Origin: a virus
Taxonomy: Duplodnaviria > Caudoviricetes
DNA: 49,154 nucleotides
IMG/VR virus record: IMGVR_UViG_3300005764_000024
Span: 1 to 49,154 of that record
Direction: 5' to 3' (one strand)
Each line of letters begins with the position of its first letter. The first letter of the stretch is position 1. This document shows positions 1-9,314 of this stretch, piece after piece. Made by a program: the position numbers and the translations under genes. The notes under the pieces are model-generated. The model was not told the DNA's origin, searched no databases, and saw only the letters and a program-made list of their open reading frames with translations.

Positions 1-55
1 TAGCCGAGCGGCCGCGCGTATTGATCAGGTTGAAGGAGAATGCGAAAATCACTTT

Positions 56-331
56 ATGCGTGGGAGGCCTCAACTCTTCGACAACCGACACGCTCTGAAC
101 ATTCTGATCTCGCGCGAGGACTATCAGGCCCTGCGCCGCGAGGCCGAAGCACAGCGCGTCGAGCAGCCCGGCTTTAGCGTCGGCGACCTGGTGCGCGGCT
201 ACATCCAGGCCGGCCTGGGCAAGCGCGCGCCGGCCAGGCGCAGCGATCCGCGGGCCGTCCGCATCCGGCAGCTGCGCGCGATCGCGCGCTCAGCGCTGGA
301 GGTGGCGCGGGAACTGGGAGAGACGGCGTGA
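56..331 (+). CDS. Small ribbon-helix-helix/CopG-like DNA-binding protein
   Basis: HALNILISREDYQALRREAE...SVGDLVRGYI fits the RHH strand-helix-helix pattern; GC3-rich codons. Confidence 0.6.
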   Translation: MRGRPQLFDNRHALNILISREDYQALRREAEAQRVEQPGFSVGDLVRGYIQAGLGKRAPARRSDPRAVRIRQLRAIARSALEVARELGETA

Positions 332-520
332 ATGTTTGATCCTGATGCCCCGGTCGACATCGAAGAGTACCGCAAGCGTCTGGGCGCCATGAGCGACCAC
401 GATGGAGCAGAAGTAAAGCGGGCGGCTTGTCGTACCGCCCGCATGTCCGGGCACTACCCCGGAAACGCTCCGCTAGCGCGGACAAGCACTGCGGAGACAG
501 CTATGAACATTTTAGTATAG
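332..520 (+). CDS. Hypothetical protein (3' half doubtful)
   Basis: ATG directly follows the upstream TGA (coupling), but the 3' half runs through hairpins and an AT-rich promoter-like tract. Confidence 0.35.
   Translation: MFDPDAPVDIEEYRKRLGAMSDHDGAEVKRAACRTARMSGHYPGNAPLARTSTAETAMNILV
411..442 (-). terminator. Putative intrinsic terminator (minus strand)
   Basis: Perfect 8-bp stem GCGGGCGG (418-425) / CCGCCCGC (435-442) followed on the minus strand by TTTACTT. Confidence 0.45.
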
Positions 521-660
521 GAGGGTCCGAAAAGAGCTGATCCGCGAAGGCCAGGCGAGCGCCCGGCTGTGTGCACCCGAGGCTAACTTCGGAAAGCCGC
601 CGCGTAGGGAATTCGTATTACAGCTGGAGGAGGCGCGCGCCGAGTGGCGGCGCCGGCATC

Positions 661-945
661 CTAAGTCCGCGGCACCACCGCCACACTGATCGAGCCGGCC
701 GTATCGACCGCAACCCAGATGCCGGTGGGGCCATAGACCGCGATCGGCAGGAGAACCAGGCCGGTGGGCAGCTTGAAGCTGGTCGGGTTGTTGCCGACGT
801 TGCTGAGGTTGGAGATGAACAGATTGCCGGTGCCCAGGTTGAGGAGGTTGAAGTAGCAGTGACCGCCGCCGGGCGAGATGATCTGAGTGGGCGTGCTGGC
901 GGCCAGCGTCAGCGTGTTGTAGGGGCCGAGGTTGAGTGCGGCCAT
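661..945 (-). CDS. Small beta-rich protein, probable minor virion or decoration protein
   Basis: 94 aa, beta-strand-rich (YFNLLNLGTGNLFI...GIWVAV), GC3-rich codons; TGaTAGCCT -10-like element 6 nt upstream of ATG. Confidence 0.6.
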   Translation of the reverse strand: MAALNLGPYNTLTLAASTPTQIISPGGGHCYFNLLNLGTGNLFISNLSNVGNNPTSFKLPTGLVLLPIAVYGPTGIWVAVDTAGSISVAVVPRT

Positions 946-1014
946 GGGTCAAGGCTATCAGGTTTCACCCCCGGAGAGTAGCTAGGGATAGGCCTAGGCC
1001 GTCAAAATAAGTGT

Positions 1015-1281
1015 ATGTCTGAAATCCTTCTGGTCGTAGCCATCGGCGCGTTGGCCCTGCTGGCCTATGCCATCCTCTCGGTCTATGTCCTGCCGCTGGT
1101 GAGGTTCATCCGTACCGGCCGGCAGGAGGTGAAAGTGCAGCAGGCTGCCAGCGCTGCGTGGCAGGAGGAGCACTTCGGCATCTCGAAAAATCCCACCGCT
1201 GGGTGGGTACGTTTGGTAAGCGATGACTGGGTGTACTTCGCGATCGGCCTGGTTATCGTTGTCTATCTATTCACTCACTAA
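1015..1281 (+). CDS. Small membrane protein (two hydrophobic segments)
   Basis: ILLVVAIGALALLAYAILSVYVL and WVYFAIGLVIVVYLF. Confidence 0.65.
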   Translation: MSEILLVVAIGALALLAYAILSVYVLPLVRFIRTGRQEVKVQQAASAAWQEEHFGISKNPTAGWVRLVSDDWVYFAIGLVIVVYLFTH

Positions 1282-1292
1282 GAGCCCCCCCC

Positions 1293-1679
1293 ATGCCCCG
1301 ACGCAAACTGACCGAAGAGGAGATCGACGACCTGCAGGAGCGCGGCCGCGCCAGGCAGATGCAGATGCACACCAACCCCCAGCCGATATGGAGGGAGGAG
1401 GCCGCCCGGCGCGAGCGCAAGCTGAAGCGCGCCCAGGCAAACCTCAAGAAGCATCAGCCGGTGGTGAAGGACATGAGCTTCAACGGCGAGTTCGTCACCG
1501 TGGAGTTCATCCGCAATAACGGCGAGAGCGTGGTTGCCGAGTACAGGCTGTGCGCCTGGGGCCGGCCGCCGGCTAATCTGTGGAACCCTGGCGCGAAGAA
1601 GGCGATTGCCAAGATGCGCGCGCTAGATGCGGCAGCAGCACCGCCCCCGCCAGGGCCGGCAGAAACGCCCCGCTCTTGA
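1293..1679 (+). CDS. Hypothetical protein
   Basis: 128 aa, charged helical N-terminus, GC3-rich codons; 3' end overlaps the convergent 1711-aa gene by 107 nt. Confidence 0.55.
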   Translation: MPRRKLTEEEIDDLQERGRARQMQMHTNPQPIWREEAARRERKLKRAQANLKKHQPVVKDMSFNGEFVTVEFIRNNGESVVAEYRLCAWGRPPANLWNPGAKKAIAKMRALDAAAAPPPPGPAETPRS

Positions 1680-4600
1680 TCCCCTGGCGCACGCCTTCGA
1701 GGCCGTGGTCGCGGATGGTTGCGAGCAGGTTCAGGTAGTCTTCGCGCATCGGCAGCTTCTTCGATTTCGCGTAGTTGCTCATGAGCTTGTGCAGGCCGCC
1801 GGCCGGCTCGCGCAGACTCTGGTCGAGCGCTGCCTGCTGCTCGGGGGTCATCTGGTTGATCTCGTTCATCATCTGAGTGGAGACCGCACCCGATCCGGGC
1901 TTCTTCTTCCAGGCTTCCATCGCGTCGACATACTCGCCGATGTTGTCCGCATTTACCGGAGCTTTGGTGGCCCCCACAAAGTCAGCGACATTCTGTTTCT
2001 GCCTGCTGGTCAGGTTCAGGTTATTGATGTCGAGCACCTCCAGGCCTTCGCCGGTATGAGCAAAGGCCAGGTTGGGCCATTTCGCCGACAGCTGCTTCAT
2101 GACTTCCGGCGTGAACTTCGGAGCGCCGGTTCCGCTGGGCAGCTCGACGCGGAAGCTCGACCCGCCCTCCCTCGGCACCAGCACCGGCACGCCCACGCCG
2201 GCCTGGCCCATCAAGCCGGCATAGGCGGCCGCGGTGCCCCGCAGGTTGGCTCTGGTCTCGGGCGAAAGACTCGGCGCCCATCCCTCGGCGATGCCGGTTG
2301 GTTTCGCCCCGAACCATTGCTGCGAGGGCGCGAACCAATTGACCGGGACTTCGGCCCCCAGCGACCGGCCCGGGTCTACGTCCCATGGCTTGCCGCGCTC
2401 CTTGAAGCTGCCGATCATGGGCGCCATGGGGATGGTATCCAGGCCGGTGGCAGTCTGCATGGCATCCCGTCCGCGCGGGTCCTTGAAGAGGCCCATGGCC
2501 GCGCGCGTGAGGTAGTCGCGTACGCCGTAAGGCAGGTCAGTCAGCCCGGACAGGATGCCGGTCCTGCGGCCGGGCGTGGTCTCCACCTGGGTGCGCGAGA
2601 ATGCGGTGGACGGTGGCGGGTCGTTGGTCTTAGGCATCTGGAATACGCTCGACCGGCTTTCGCGCGCGCGCAGCGCAGCGGTCTCGCCCAGGATGTCAGC
2701 CATGCTGCCCAGGTGCTCCTGCTCGGTCGCGGACATGGGCACACTGCGCTCAGGGAACTGGAAGGACTGGAGGCGCTCCAGCTGCGGCCCGTAGCCGGCC
2801 TCCTCCAGGATGCTGCGGTATTTTGGATCGGCTTTGAGCAAGGTCGAAAAGTCGGGCGCGCCGCGCACGATCTCCGGGGTGAGTAGACCGCGCTCCAGCG
2901 CCTCGCGTGGATGGATGCCCTCGCGCTTGGCCAGCTCGTAGAGCTGCATGGCCGTGCTCCACATGGTCTCCTGGCCCTGGCTGGGCAACATCCCTGCCTT
3001 GAGCGCCGCATCGCGCACGCGCGCCGAAGCCGCCGCATACTTCCAGGTCATGCCGGGATCGCCCTGGCCCAGCTGTAGCTCGCTGGGCGAGCCGCTGAAG
3101 GCCTCCTGCACGATGCCGAGCGCGTTCGCCATCCAGGCATCGTTGGTCACGCGAAAAACATTGTCACGCAGGTTGTGATAGAAGCTGTCGACCTTGGGGC
3201 CGGAGAGCGTCACGCTCATCGGGTCCTTGGCGCTCAGCACGCGCGTGGTGTTTCCCAGCCAGGCATCGAGCACGCTCTTCTCGCCCTTGGTGCCCTGCAC
3301 ACTCTTGCCCATGATGCGACGGATATCTGCGGGATCGGTGGGCCGGCCTTCGGCGGTCCAGTTCTTCCACATGTTGAGCATGTTCTGCAGATTGCTTTCC
3401 ACGCTGGTCTGCGGGCTCATGGCCGCGAGCAGCTGGGCCGCGCGTGGCGCATCATCGCCAAAGACGTCAATTAAGGCCTGGCTCGATCCGCGATACCAAC
3501 CGAGCTTACTGACGCCGGCCTTGGCCGCAGCCGCGAGCTTCGCCGAGTCGGGAATCGTGCGCAGCATCTTGCTGATGGCCTCGACGTTCTCAGGCGAGGC
3601 GATCACCTTACGCGCTTCGAGCGGCGTCATCAGGTCACCTACCTGATGCAGCTCGGGAGACGCCTGGCGCGCCTGGTGGAACTGCTCCTGCTCCTGGGGT
3701 GTGAGCTGCTGCTCGCGCATCTGCGTAATCGACTGACGGACTAGGCGCGCCCGGGCCTCGGCCGCTTCGGGGGTACCGGCGTAGGTTCCGCCGCTGAGCA
3801 GGTGCTCGCGGGTGAGCATGGCCATATCCTGCGCGGTCGCCGGCTGCACCATCCGCTCCACGGCCTGCACTCTCTGTGGCTGTACGACCTGGGTCTGGGG
3901 AGCGGCGATCTCCGGCGCCGGCGGCCGCTCGATCGGCGACTCCTTCGGTCCCACCTCGCCCAGACCATGCGTGCCGACCAGGGGCGCATCGGCCGTGAGA
4001 ACGCCCTGTACAGCACCCTGCGGATTGGCAATCATCTGCGCTGCCTGGCCCTCGGGGCCGAAGAGCGCTCTGAGGCCCAGCGCGGGATTGGCCACCATCA
4101 GCGGGGTAAGAACGTCCTGCTTCAATGGCGTCTCGGGATTGATCTGGTGCGCCAGGGCAACGTCGTGGATATTCTGCCGAGGTAGCGGCGGGGCAGGCGG
4201 CAGACGGCTCTTGAGAACCTGCTGAGTGATGTCGGGGGGCTGTTGCCGTAAAGCCGGGGGGAGTATTTTCTGGACGGCTGCCCCGAGGGCCGTTGGTGGC
4301 GTGTTGTAGGGCCGCTGCAGAGCCGGAGGGCCGTGGAGAAGGTTTTCGCGAAGGCGGTCGCCGCCGAGGCCTGAAACAATATCGCTCACGTTCTGCTGCC
4401 CAGTTTGCAGCGCACTGCCGATGGCCTCGCGCACCGGCTTGGTGGTCGCCGAGACGAAGTTGGTGAAGCGATCCCAGGGCGACTGGTCGTCGTTGGCGCC
4501 GCCATCGGCGAAGCGCGCGGGCTCGTAGCCCAGCGAGCGGAAGGTATTCGCGCGCATCCGGTCGAGGATCGGGCCGCCGGTCGCCATGCCGGCCGGCAGT

Positions 4601-6708
4601 TGCCAGGGCTGCTGTGAGAGCTGAATCTTGTTAGGTACGACTGCGCCGGCACGGCCCATGGTCGGGATGATGCCGCGGTTGAGCTGACCGTAAAGGTGTG
4701 CCAGCTCGGCGCTGAATGGTTTGCTGCCGGCTGCACTGTAGAGCAGGCGGCGCCCGGCGTCGGTCCTGAGCAGGAGCTTGGCGGTCTGGCTGGTGAAGCC
4801 GAGAGTGGCTAGGGCTTTGCCGGCGACCGGAAAGCCCAGGAAGTGCCCGGCTGTGCCGGCGATCTCGGCGGCCGTACCGGCGCCGGTGAGCGGCGCGCGG
4901 TTTACTCCGGCGCCAGTGCGCATCAGGTTGAGCAGACCTTCGTAGCGCGCCTGGTCGGCGCCCCTGAAGAACACGCCGTAGGCCTTGCTGTACTTCTGGG
5001 CAGCGTTCAGGAAGGCCTCGGCATCGACCTTGCCGCTGACGTTGTCGGTGGCATCCTCGATCGCCTTGTCCACCAGCTGCGTCTGCACCGCCAGGCGGCC
5101 ACGATCGTCGAGCGAGTTATAAAACTTCTGCGCCAGGCTGCGACGATTGCCGCCCTTGATGAACATGTTGAGGATGGTGTCGGGCTCATCGGTCGAGCCG
5201 GCCTTGGCGACGTTCGGGTCCTGGAAGGGGACGCGGAACTTACGGTAGTAGTCGTCGGCGGCCGTCTGGGCCGCCTTCAGCTCAGGCACGCCGCTGCGGT
5301 CGATGTAGCCGGCCACGTCGCGCTGGAGCGCGTTCTTGATCTGCTGCAATTGGCCGGCGGCCTTGGGGCCGAGCAGCGCGCCCTTACCCGAGCGCTCGGC
5401 GCGGATGCGATCGCCCAGGTCGCCGACCAGGCCGGTGATCAGATCGTAAGTGTTGTTGGCGGTGCCCTGCGGCTGCTGCGCCGCCTTCCACTTCACGTAG
5501 TCGCCGATGTTGGTGGGAGCCGGCCCGGCCGCCACCGGCCGCGGGGGCACCAGGCTCTCGCGGATGCCTTCGATGTAGTGGACCAGCGGATCGTCCTTGG
5601 CTTTCGCCTGGCGGAGCTCAGCCAGCACCCCGTCGATCTTGGCCAGGCCCTGGTCGAGCGGGACCTCGCCCAGGCCTTTGTCGCGGACGATCTGGCCGAC
5701 CTGGTTGTACAGCTGGGTGGCCTGCTGCTGGGTGCGGTAGTTGCGCAGGTTGATGGCGGCGTGCTCAATGGCCTCGGGATCATTGCCGGCCGCATCCAGC
5801 AGCTGCCGGACCTTCTGCGCGCCCTTGTTGCCGCCGGCGATCGCCTGGTCGAGGTCACTCAGATCTCCCCAGTTGCCCTTCTCCACGCGATCATTGAGCA
5901 TCTGCGAGATGGCGTTGGCTTCTTCCTCGGGCAGCGGGGTCTTGAAGTAGCCGGCGATCGCTTTGGCGCCGCGCGCGATGCCGCGGCCGAGCAAGGTCCC
6001 GCCGGCGCCACCCACGGTGCCCACGCCGGTCTGCACGGCCTTCGACTTCCAGTAGTCATCGCCTTCGGTTACCGGCGTGGTGGCGCCGATCACCGCGCCC
6101 TGGCCGGCGCCGGCCGCGAGACTCGTCCCACCGCCGGGCAGGAGTGAGGTGGAGGCGATGTTGCCGCCCAGCTCCAGCGCCTTATGGACCTTCTTGGTGC
6201 CGCCCAGGTTCTGCCGGTAGTTCTCTTCGCGGAAGCGCGCCAGCAGGTCCATGTAGGGCGTGTCGCGCTCGTCGTTGATGCCCAGGCCGGCGAGCGCGTG
6301 CTGGCCCAGTTGCAACGTGCCCACCACCGGATCGAGCACGCCCTTGCCGAAGGCGCCAACGGCATCGCCCAGCCAGCCGCGTTGCCAGCCGGTGGCCTGG
6401 TCCTCGGGCTGGTCAGCCTGCAGGCCGGGAACGGCGAAGCCGGAGCCGAACTGGTTCCTGACCGTCTGGTAGAGCGGCGAAGACTTGATCTTGTCGGGAT
6501 CGTAACCGAAGCTGCGGATGATCTCGTCTTCGTCGCCGGTCAGCTTGGGCGTGGGCTTCGGCTTCGGCATCTCGAAGCCCTTGTACTCGGTGTCGCCATA
6601 CTGCCCGGCCTGCTTCTCTTTGCCCCCGCCACCAGCAGCAGGCGCCACCGTAGGGACCTCGAAGCCCTTGTACTCGGCGTCCCCGTACTGTCCCTGCTCC
6701 TCGGCCAT
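1573..6708 (-). CDS. Large internal virion/ejection protein with C-terminal HhH-glycosylase-like (DUF7178-like) domain
   Basis: 1711 aa, last gene of the ejection cluster. Gly/Ala-rich hydrophobic segments. C-terminal motifs GWY...LAAMSPQ..V..N...GPKVDSF..NL...VTNDAW. Two GG motifs near aa 708-737. Confidence 0.75.
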   Translation of the reverse strand: MAEEQGQYGDAEYKGFEVPTVAPAAGGGGKEKQAGQYGDTEYKGFEMPKPKPTPKLTGDEDEIIRSFGYDPDKIKSSPLYQTVRNQFGSGFAVPGLQADQPEDQATGWQRGWLGDAVGAFGKGVLDPVVGTLQLGQHALAGLGINDERDTPYMDLLARFREENYRQNLGGTKKVHKALELGGNIASTSLLPGGGTSLAAGAGQGAVIGATTPVTEGDDYWKSKAVQTGVGTVGGAGGTLLGRGIARGAKAIAGYFKTPLPEEEANAISQMLNDRVEKGNWGDLSDLDQAIAGGNKGAQKVRQLLDAAGNDPEAIEHAAINLRNYRTQQQATQLYNQVGQIVRDKGLGEVPLDQGLAKIDGVLAELRQAKAKDDPLVHYIEGIRESLVPPRPVAAGPAPTNIGDYVKWKAAQQPQGTANNTYDLITGLVGDLGDRIRAERSGKGALLGPKAAGQLQQIKNALQRDVAGYIDRSGVPELKAAQTAADDYYRKFRVPFQDPNVAKAGSTDEPDTILNMFIKGGNRRSLAQKFYNSLDDRGRLAVQTQLVDKAIEDATDNVSGKVDAEAFLNAAQKYSKAYGVFFRGADQARYEGLLNLMRTGAGVNRAPLTGAGTAAEIAGTAGHFLGFPVAGKALATLGFTSQTAKLLLRTDAGRRLLYSAAGSKPFSAELAHLYGQLNRGIIPTMGRAGAVVPNKIQLSQQPWQLPAGMATGGPILDRMRANTFRSLGYEPARFADGGANDDQSPWDRFTNFVSATTKPVREAIGSALQTGQQNVSDIVSGLGGDRLRENLLHGPPALQRPYNTPPTALGAAVQKILPPALRQQPPDITQQVLKSRLPPAPPLPRQNIHDVALAHQINPETPLKQDVLTPLMVANPALGLRALFGPEGQAAQMIANPQGAVQGVLTADAPLVGTHGLGEVGPKESPIERPPAPEIAAPQTQVVQPQRVQAVERMVQPATAQDMAMLTREHLLSGGTYAGTPEAAEARARLVRQSITQMREQQLTPQEQEQFHQARQASPELHQVGDLMTPLEARKVIASPENVEAISKMLRTIPDSAKLAAAAKAGVSKLGWYRGSSQALIDVFGDDAPRAAQLLAAMSPQTSVESNLQNMLNMWKNWTAEGRPTDPADIRRIMGKSVQGTKGEKSVLDAWLGNTTRVLSAKDPMSVTLSGPKVDSFYHNLRDNVFRVTNDAWMANALGIVQEAFSGSPSELQLGQGDPGMTWKYAAASARVRDAALKAGMLPSQGQETMWSTAMQLYELAKREGIHPREALERGLLTPEIVRGAPDFSTLLKADPKYRSILEEAGYGPQLERLQSFQFPERSVPMSATEQEHLGSMADILGETAALRARESRSSVFQMPKTNDPPPSTAFSRTQVETTPGRRTGILSGLTDLPYGVRDYLTRAAMGLFKDPRGRDAMQTATGLDTIPMAPMIGSFKERGKPWDVDPGRSLGAEVPVNWFAPSQQWFGAKPTGIAEGWAPSLSPETRANLRGTAAAYAGLMGQAGVGVPVLVPREGGSSFRVELPSGTGAPKFTPEVMKQLSAKWPNLAFAHTGEGLEVLDINNLNLTSRQKQNVADFVGATKAPVNADNIGEYVDAMEAWKKKPGSGAVSTQMMNEINQMTPEQQAALDQSLREPAGGLHKLMSNYAKSKKLPMREDYLNLLATIRDHGLEGVRQGIKSGAFLPALAGAVLLPHLARASWQSPSSRQGSTD
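6571..6677. repeat. 20-bp direct repeat encoding duplicated GQYGD[AT]EYKGFE[VM]P peptide
   Basis: CTCGAAGCCCTTGTACTCGG at 6571-6590 and 6658-6677. Confidence 0.9.
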
Positions 6709-9314
6709 TACTGCTGGACCTCTTCACCGTCGTAGCGGCCGTTGGGGTAGATCTTGGTGACGCGGATCTTCTTGCCGTTGGACTCGGTGCGAACCTGGCC
6801 GACGAATGGTGGCAGCACCTGCCGCTCGGCGATGTGCAGGAAGCGGCCGATGTCGTTGAGCTTCTGCAGCGCCACGTCGAGCGTGTCATCGAGCTGCGGG
6901 ACGTCGTTGGCGAAGACGCGGTTGATCTCGTCTTTGGTCATGCGCAGGCCCTTGCTCCCAGCCAGCGCGCGCAGCTGCTGGATGGCCGGCCCGATGTAGT
7001 CTTTGAAGCTGGCGGCCAGTGCCGGGTTGGTCTGGAGGTAGGCGCTGAGCTTGTTGAGCGGCCCCTGGATCAGGCGGCCCGAGGCATCGCGCGGCAATAG
7101 CGGCAGGATCTGATTGGCGAAGGCCGCCTGGTTCTGGCGCGCCTTCTCGATTTCGTTGATGTCGAAGGCCTGCTCCTTGTTGAGGTAGGGCAGGCCGGCC
7201 TTAGAGGCCGCGGCCTTGACCGGCGCACCCTCCTTGCCGGTGTAGTTGGTGCCGTCGACGTAGTTGATGCCGGTGGACGTGACGCGCGTGATCGGGTTCA
7301 GATCGAATTCTGGCGTAGCGGCCTCGGTGGCTTTGATGCGCGCAGTGGTGGTCGCGCCGGTCTTGGCGCCGGCCTGCTTATTATCAAAGTCGATAAAAGC
7401 ATCAGCCATTTGCTGTTGAGTGGCGCTCGCTTTCGGGTCGACCTTCATCTGCTCGGCTTTGCTGCGCGTCATGCCCTTGGCCAGCATCATCCGGTAGTTG
7501 ACTTCGGGGATCGATCCGGCCGGCACATCGGTGAGCACCAGCGAGTCAGGACTCTTGGCGGTGCCGTCGGGGTTCTGCGGCTTGGGCAGTTCCGGGTGTT
7601 CATCGAAGAACTGCGCCACTGCGGCCGCGGTCTGCTGGTCGGTCTTGAGGCCGGCTTTATGCTGCGCGACCGAGGTGGCTTTGGTGTTGCCGGCGATCCA
7701 GTCCCTGGTCGGCGCCATGTCGCCCTCTTTGTAGGGCTGGCCGGTAGCGGGATTCACGCCCATGAATTTGGCGGTGGCTGAATCCACCTTCTGCATCCCA
7801 GGCGGCGCCCAGCCGCTCAGTTGCGGGTTGTCGGGGTTGGGGACGAACGTGTAGCCGGGGTGCGATTCGTTAGAGGCGCCGGAGATGAAGCCCGGAAGGC
7901 GGGATGCGCTGGTGAAGGCCGCACGCTGGTGCTGTTCTGCCTGCTGCACCGCCCGCTCGTGGATCTGCTCCAGCTTCTCCTGGTGCAGGCGCGCCTGGTC
8001 ATCGAGCCGCACATCGACCCCGAGTAGGTCGAGCTGCGCCTTGCGCGCCTCCTCCTGGCGCGTGGCCAGCGCCTTGTTCATGGCCAGGCCGCCGGCGCCG
8101 ACCTGCACGCCGAAGAAGGGCGACGGGCTCGCGGCCATGCCGAAGCCGAAGTCAGAGAGCATCTGCCAGAAGTTGGGCCGGGCCTGTTTGGCGTACATCG
8201 CCTTCAGCTGCTCGACCTCCTTGCGGATGTCGCTCTGGTCGAGCTTGTCAGCGTGGTAGGTCTCGGCGACCGAGGGCTGATACGCCGGCGCCGGGGCGGG
8301 AGCTGCGGCCGGCGGAGCGGGCGTGGCCGGCGGCTCGGGTGCGATCGTGGGAGCGAGCGCATTCACCGCCGGGATCTGGTCGACCGGCACATCGCTCGGC
8401 ACGTTCTCGGGTGCTTCGGGCGGAGCTTCCTGCCGGGCATCATCGCCCGCGCTCTCTTCCACCGCGGGCTCCGCCGGCCGCTCGCGGTGCGGCATGGGTG
8501 GTATGTCGGCGTCCGGCTGGTCGGCCGGAACCGTCCCGAAGGTCATCGGCCCTTTGGGCAGCAGATCCGGCCGGCCCTGCAGAAAGCCTTTGCGCTTCTT
8601 GAGCCGATTCTCGACCTGGATGACGTAGTTCTGCGTCTCTTTGAAAGGCGGGATGCCACGATACTTGTCGACCGCTCCCGGGCCGGCATTGTAGGCGGCC
8701 AGCGCCATGCGCCGGTTGCCGCCATACTTGTCCCGCATCTGCCGGTAGTATCGGGCGCCGGCACGGATGTTCTGCTCCGGGTCGTTGATGTCGGTCACGC
8801 CCAGGTCCTTGGCCGTCCCCGGCATCAGCTGCATCAACCCGCGGGCACCCTTGGGCGAGACCGCATTGGGAATGCCCCCCGACTCCTGGCCCATCATGGC
8901 GCGCAGCTCATCAGGATCGACCTGCTCGTCCTTGGCCGCGCTCTCGATGATCGGATCGTAGTCGCTCACAAAGCCGCCCGCGGCCATAGTCATGGGATTG
9001 GGCGGCCGGAAGTTGCCCGGTGGCGTGCCCAGGCCGCCAGATGGCGGCGCGCTGGCCGGCGGGGTCATGCCGGGCGGCGCCGGCGGCAATCCCTGTGGCG
9101 GCTGGCGCGCGGTCATGCTGCGGATGACGTCATCGTAGACTGTGCCCGACTGCTGCTGCGAGCGCTGTGCCGCCTGGCGCATGGTCTGCCGGCGCTGCGC
9201 TTCCGCCAGCACCAGGTAGCTCGGCACCGCACCCGAGGGCTGCACCAGCTCGCGCTGCAGCGCCTGGTCGGGCATCCCCTTGAGATCGTTGGTGAGTGCC
9301 TGCAGATCAGGCAT
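6708..9314 (-). CDS. Ejection/internal virion protein with lytic transglycosylase (SLT) domain
   Basis: SLT motifs QESGG..NAVSPKGARGLMQLMP..A...NIRAGARY...ALAAYNAGPG.V..Y.GIPPFKETQNYV (~8620-8960). Start reassigned to ATG 9314, which overlaps the upstream stop. Confidence 0.85.
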   Translation of the reverse strand: MPDLQALTNDLKGMPDQALQRELVQPSGAVPSYLVLAEAQRRQTMRQAAQRSQQQSGTVYDDVIRSMTARQPPQGLPPAPPGMTPPASAPPSGGLGTPPGNFRPPNPMTMAAGGFVSDYDPIIESAAKDEQVDPDELRAMMGQESGGIPNAVSPKGARGLMQLMPGTAKDLGVTDINDPEQNIRAGARYYRQMRDKYGGNRRMALAAYNAGPGAVDKYRGIPPFKETQNYVIQVENRLKKRKGFLQGRPDLLPKGPMTFGTVPADQPDADIPPMPHRERPAEPAVEESAGDDARQEAPPEAPENVPSDVPVDQIPAVNALAPTIAPEPPATPAPPAAAPAPAPAYQPSVAETYHADKLDQSDIRKEVEQLKAMYAKQARPNFWQMLSDFGFGMAASPSPFFGVQVGAGGLAMNKALATRQEEARKAQLDLLGVDVRLDDQARLHQEKLEQIHERAVQQAEQHQRAAFTSASRLPGFISGASNESHPGYTFVPNPDNPQLSGWAPPGMQKVDSATAKFMGVNPATGQPYKEGDMAPTRDWIAGNTKATSVAQHKAGLKTDQQTAAAVAQFFDEHPELPKPQNPDGTAKSPDSLVLTDVPAGSIPEVNYRMMLAKGMTRSKAEQMKVDPKASATQQQMADAFIDFDNKQAGAKTGATTTARIKATEAATPEFDLNPITRVTSTGINYVDGTNYTGKEGAPVKAAASKAGLPYLNKEQAFDINEIEKARQNQAAFANQILPLLPRDASGRLIQGPLNKLSAYLQTNPALAASFKDYIGPAIQQLRALAGSKGLRMTKDEINRVFANDVPQLDDTLDVALQKLNDIGRFLHIAERQVLPPFVGQVRTESNGKKIRVTKIYPNGRYDGEEVQQ

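Noticed and set aside
1627-6735. Long plus-strand ORFs (1627..2886, 4843..6147 and others) opposite the ejection gene
   Set aside because: Shadow frames typical of GC-rich coding DNA; no motifs or RBS, while the minus-strand gene has recognisable domains.
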